A DNA stretch of 27,825 bases from a virus. Its lineage: Duplodnaviria; Caudoviricetes. The position numbers and the translations under genes were made by a program. Location of the stretch: positions 1 through 27,825 of IMG/VR virus record IMGVR_UViG_3300020045_011389. One strand, given 5' to 3'. Every line of letters starts with the position of its first letter. Within the stretch, counting starts at the first letter, position 1. Positions 25,566-27,825 of the stretch are shown here, piece after piece. The notes under the pieces were generated by a model. The model did no database searches. It was given only the letters and a program-made list of their open reading frames with translations, and was not told the DNA's origin.

Positions 25566-25740
25566 TGTAAGGTACCTTTGATTTGATTTCTACTTTGAAA
25601 ATGTTTCTTCTTACGCTCTTTGCAAATTGCTTGGCGATTTCGTCAGATTCCGCAATTATAGTAGTGGTTAAAAATTCTTTGTCGTCATCACCATAGCGAT
25701 ACCAACATTCAATTTCGTATTTGTAAAGTTGTTTTTTCAT
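25549..25740 (-). CDS. Hypothetical phage protein
   Basis: 63 aa, with overlapping start and stop with its neighbours. Confidence 0.65.
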   Translation of the reverse strand: MKKQLYKYEIECWYRYGDDDKEFLTTTIIAESDEIAKQFAKSVRRNIFKVEIKSKVPYNEPRL

Positions 25741-26219
25741 TGTAAAATATTTAGCATTTTGAAAACTTTTAAAAGTTCGGATTTATTTTTTACATTCCCC
25801 TCAAATATAACGGTGCTATAATGATTGCTGATGTTTAAAGAACAGTTTCCTCTGAAATAAATCTCAAAACCCTTAGGGTGCCTAAAAATCAAAGAAGAAT
25901 CTCCCCATCCTTTTTTAAGGTATTCAAATCCACATTCTTCGATGTCTTGACGGTCTAAGTATTTGACACGGATTTCATCTGATTTTATAAATTCAGCCAC
26001 CTCTTTTAGAGTGTAATCCATTGCGTTCCAAGTGTTGTCTAAAAGTGATTTTTGAAACACAATACTATTCCAAAAAGTTTCGATTTTATTTATCTCTAAG
26101 GGTTTGTTTTGGTTTTTATGATGGGCTATACCCGACTTAATAGTTTCTTTTTTTTGAAACTCAAATCCAACGTGAAATTCACTAATCTCCGGGGTGTAAT
26201 ATTTATTTTCCATAATCAA
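25737..26219 (-). CDS. Conserved Bacteroidetes-phage protein of unknown function
   Basis: KYYTPEISEFHVGFEF...IRVKYLDRQDIEECGF...FEGNVKNKSEL, a family pattern I recall. It is translationally coupled. Confidence 0.75.
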   Translation of the reverse strand: MIMENKYYTPEISEFHVGFEFQKKETIKSGIAHHKNQNKPLEINKIETFWNSIVFQKSLLDNTWNAMDYTLKEVAEFIKSDEIRVKYLDRQDIEECGFEYLKKGWGDSSLIFRHPKGFEIYFRGNCSLNISNHYSTVIFEGNVKNKSELLKVFKMLNILQ

Positions 26220-26416
26220 TTATCTTTATGTCTTAATCTTCTAAGTTTAAATTTCGGGTTTATTTTTTCTTTCTTAGGCAAAACTTTTGAAATCGTGTAA
26301 ATATGAAATCCATCGCATACTTCACATTTGTAATAACCTTGACTTGAACCTATCGCGTGTTGTGCTGATAATTCCGTGTGTTTTACTTTACTGTCGCATA
26401 TTTGTTGTTTTCTCAT
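26216..26416 (-). CDS. Small zinc-ribbon protein
   Basis: C-x-x-K near the N-terminus and YKCEVCDGFHI. Confidence 0.65.
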   Translation of the reverse strand: MRKQQICDSKVKHTELSAQHAIGSSQGYYKCEVCDGFHIYTISKVLPKKEKINPKFKLRRLRHKDN

Positions 26417-26597
26417 ATATCAATTTTTGATTTATTCCTGAGCGGATCAAAATTTTTCCGTCCTTATGCAATTCGTTCAATAATTTTTTCAAGTCAGAAA
26501 TCTCAATTTTAAGCAATTCGCGAAGTTGAATTAATGTTATTCTGCCATCTGTTTTATCGTAATGCAATTTTACCGCGTCAAGAATTTGATTTTTCAT
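26388..26597 (-). CDS. Small winged-HTH DNA-binding protein
   Basis: ITLIQLRELLKIEISDLKKLLNELHKDGKILIRSG. Confidence 0.65.
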   Translation of the reverse strand: MKNQILDAVKLHYDKTDGRITLIQLRELLKIEISDLKKLLNELHKDGKILIRSGINQKLIYEKTTNMRQ

Positions 26598-26958
26598 TTT
26601 CTAATAATTCTGGACTTTCGTAAATGTTTCCAATTATTTCGACTATTCTTTTTTCTTGCAACCTTCCGAATATGTCTGTTTTTATTCCTAAAAATTCCAT
26701 ATTTGTATCAGCATCATACATCATAAAAAAACAACCACTTTGGAAAACAACAATTCCTTTTCCTAATTCTTTATCGTTTACAATATCGCCTTCAAAAATC
26801 TCGGTTCCGTTTTTATCTTTCAATCCTGAGTATTGACAAATAACATCAATATAACCGTATTCGGCCCGTCTTGCTAAATCTCTTATAGATTCCCAATTGT
26901 GATAATAAACAAATTTATCATCCCCTTTCTCAATTGCTCTAAATTTTATTTCTCTCAT
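26578..26958 (-). CDS. YopX-family protein
   Basis: MREIKFRA...QYSGLKDKNGTEIFEGDIV...EIIGNIYESPELL. Confidence 0.92.
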   Translation of the reverse strand: MREIKFRAIEKGDDKFVYYHNWESIRDLARRAEYGYIDVICQYSGLKDKNGTEIFEGDIVNDKELGKGIVVFQSGCFFMMYDADTNMEFLGIKTDIFGRLQEKRIVEIIGNIYESPELLENEKSNS

Positions 26959-27158
26959 CTCTCTAACGGTTTTAGTTTTTGTAACATTTTTATTGGCAAA
27001 CCTAACGATAAAATTCTTCTGTCACGAGCTTTAATAGCTTCGTCTTCAGAGTCATAAAATCCGCAAGGATGTTTCGTGCCTTTGCAAGTTATGGAAGATT
27101 CCCATTTGTTTGTTTTTCTATCCCAACTTACTCCTTTGTATTTTGATGTGCTTCCCAT
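26955..27158 (-). CDS. Stand-alone AP2-domain protein
   Basis: TSKYKGVSWDRKTNKWESSI...GFYDSEDEAIKARD. Confidence 0.85.
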   Translation of the reverse strand: MGSTSKYKGVSWDRKTNKWESSITCKGTKHPCGFYDSEDEAIKARDRRILSLGLPIKMLQKLKPLER

Positions 27159-27160
27159 TT

Positions 27161-27388
27161 TTAATTTTTATAATTGGCAATTTCCTTGTTTTCTTCGTAC
27201 ACTTTTCCGTTGCAAAACAAAACTTTTTTCTCAAGTTTATTATCACTCCAAACACTTCTTTGATACCATTTCATTACCAAAATTCCGTTTTTAGTTTTCT
27301 TTGTGGTTAATGAAAATCCCAATCGTAAATCTACTTTACCAAAGATATTTTCAAATTCTTCTTTTGCTTTGTCTTCTGTTATTTGCAT
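27161..27388 (-). CDS. Hypothetical phage protein
   Basis: 75-aa ORF in the operon, with an A/T-rich leader. Confidence 0.6.
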   Translation of the reverse strand: MQITEDKAKEEFENIFGKVDLRLGFSLTTKKTKNGILVMKWYQRSVWSDNKLEKKVLFCNGKVYEENKEIANYKN

Positions 27389-27423
27389 AATTTCAAGTTT
27401 TAAATTTTACTAATCCGCCAAGT

Positions 27424-27522
27424 CTAATTCCAAGCCACAAAAAGCCACCCAATCAACACAAAAACCAATATCCAAGCCCCAACTTCAATTAACACTTCTT
27501 CTCTTTTCCAACGTTTTTTCAT
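27424..27522 (-). CDS. 32-aa single-pass membrane peptide, not in the ORF track
   Basis: MKKRWKREEVLIEVGAWILVFVLIGWLFVAWN: basic N-terminus plus a hydrophobic helix. It fills the gap 5 nt after the upstream stop. Confidence 0.6.
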   Translation of the reverse strand: MKKRWKREEVLIEVGAWILVFVLIGWLFVAWN

Positions 27523-27527
27523 GATTT

Positions 27528-27779
27528 CTAAGGTATTTGATTGATAAATTCTTTGATGTGCGTGTTGTTTAACTTCAAGTAGTCGAAATAGTCTTTTAAA
27601 ACTAACTGCTTTGCTCTTGCGAGTACTTTTTCGTTGTTTGCCGAACCTAAACTTTCAATCGCTTCTCTGATTTTATTTCTCTCTTGGCGGACCGGTGATT
27701 TTTCAGCTTTCAATTCTTTCTCCAACTGAAATTTAGCAATCTCATATTTCCTTGGATAATCCGGCGTCGGCTGAAACAT
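27528..27779 (-). CDS. Hypothetical phage protein
   Basis: 83-aa helical ORF in the operon. Confidence 0.6.
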   Translation of the reverse strand: MFQPTPDYPRKYEIAKFQLEKELKAEKSPVRQERNKIREAIESLGSANNEKVLARAKQLVLKDYFDYLKLNNTHIKEFINQIP

Positions 27780-27825
27780 TTTTCTTTCGTAAAGTTCGTC
27801 AAAAATATGACCACACGGAATAGAA

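Noticed and set aside
1612-27310. Short antisense or overlapping ORFs in the track (e.g. 1612-1794, 2914-3174, 9067-9297, 18788-19042, 20651-21004, 23425-23712, 27076-27294)
   Set aside because: They are shadows of well-supported genes, have no motifs, and some cross terminators.
1-27825. Stop-codon reassignment as in some crAss-like phages
   Set aside because: Genes are long and intact in the standard code, and TAG, TGA and TAA all end genes at sensible junctions.
1-27825. tRNA, rRNA, CRISPR arrays or IS elements
   Set aside because: None seen. Intergenic gaps are short and accounted for.

Overview
Part of an AT-rich (by eye roughly one-third GC) podovirus-like phage of a Bacteroidetes host, probably a flavobacterium. 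Host assignment rests on TAnnTTTG promoters and A-rich starts without Shine-Dalgarno sequences. The + strand (1-23453) is the virion module: major capsid C-terminus, tail tube/adaptor and nozzle proteins, a free-standing GIY-YIG endonuclease, a GNAT-fold protein and three ejection proteins. The last of these is a 2510-aa polyvalent protein carrying ART-like and GNAT domains. The structural proteins resemble, from recall only, Cellulophaga phi38:1-type phages. Two antisense cassettes with the same terminator/divergent-promoter layout interrupt the module. One is a NARP1-type NAD+ reconstitution operon with an extra HAD gene. The other encodes a secreted protein and a small gene preceded by a pseudoknot-like leader. 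The - strand arm (23536-27779) is a nin-like region (NinG, YopX, AP2, HTH and small ORFs). The best novelty candidates are an A10 slippery site giving an alternative ~101-aa product of the giant gene, the three-gene NARP1, a duplicated 19-bp promoter element, the leader pseudoknot, and +1-frame basic ORFs inside linkers of the giant gene. No database searches were run, so family calls come from motif recognition.
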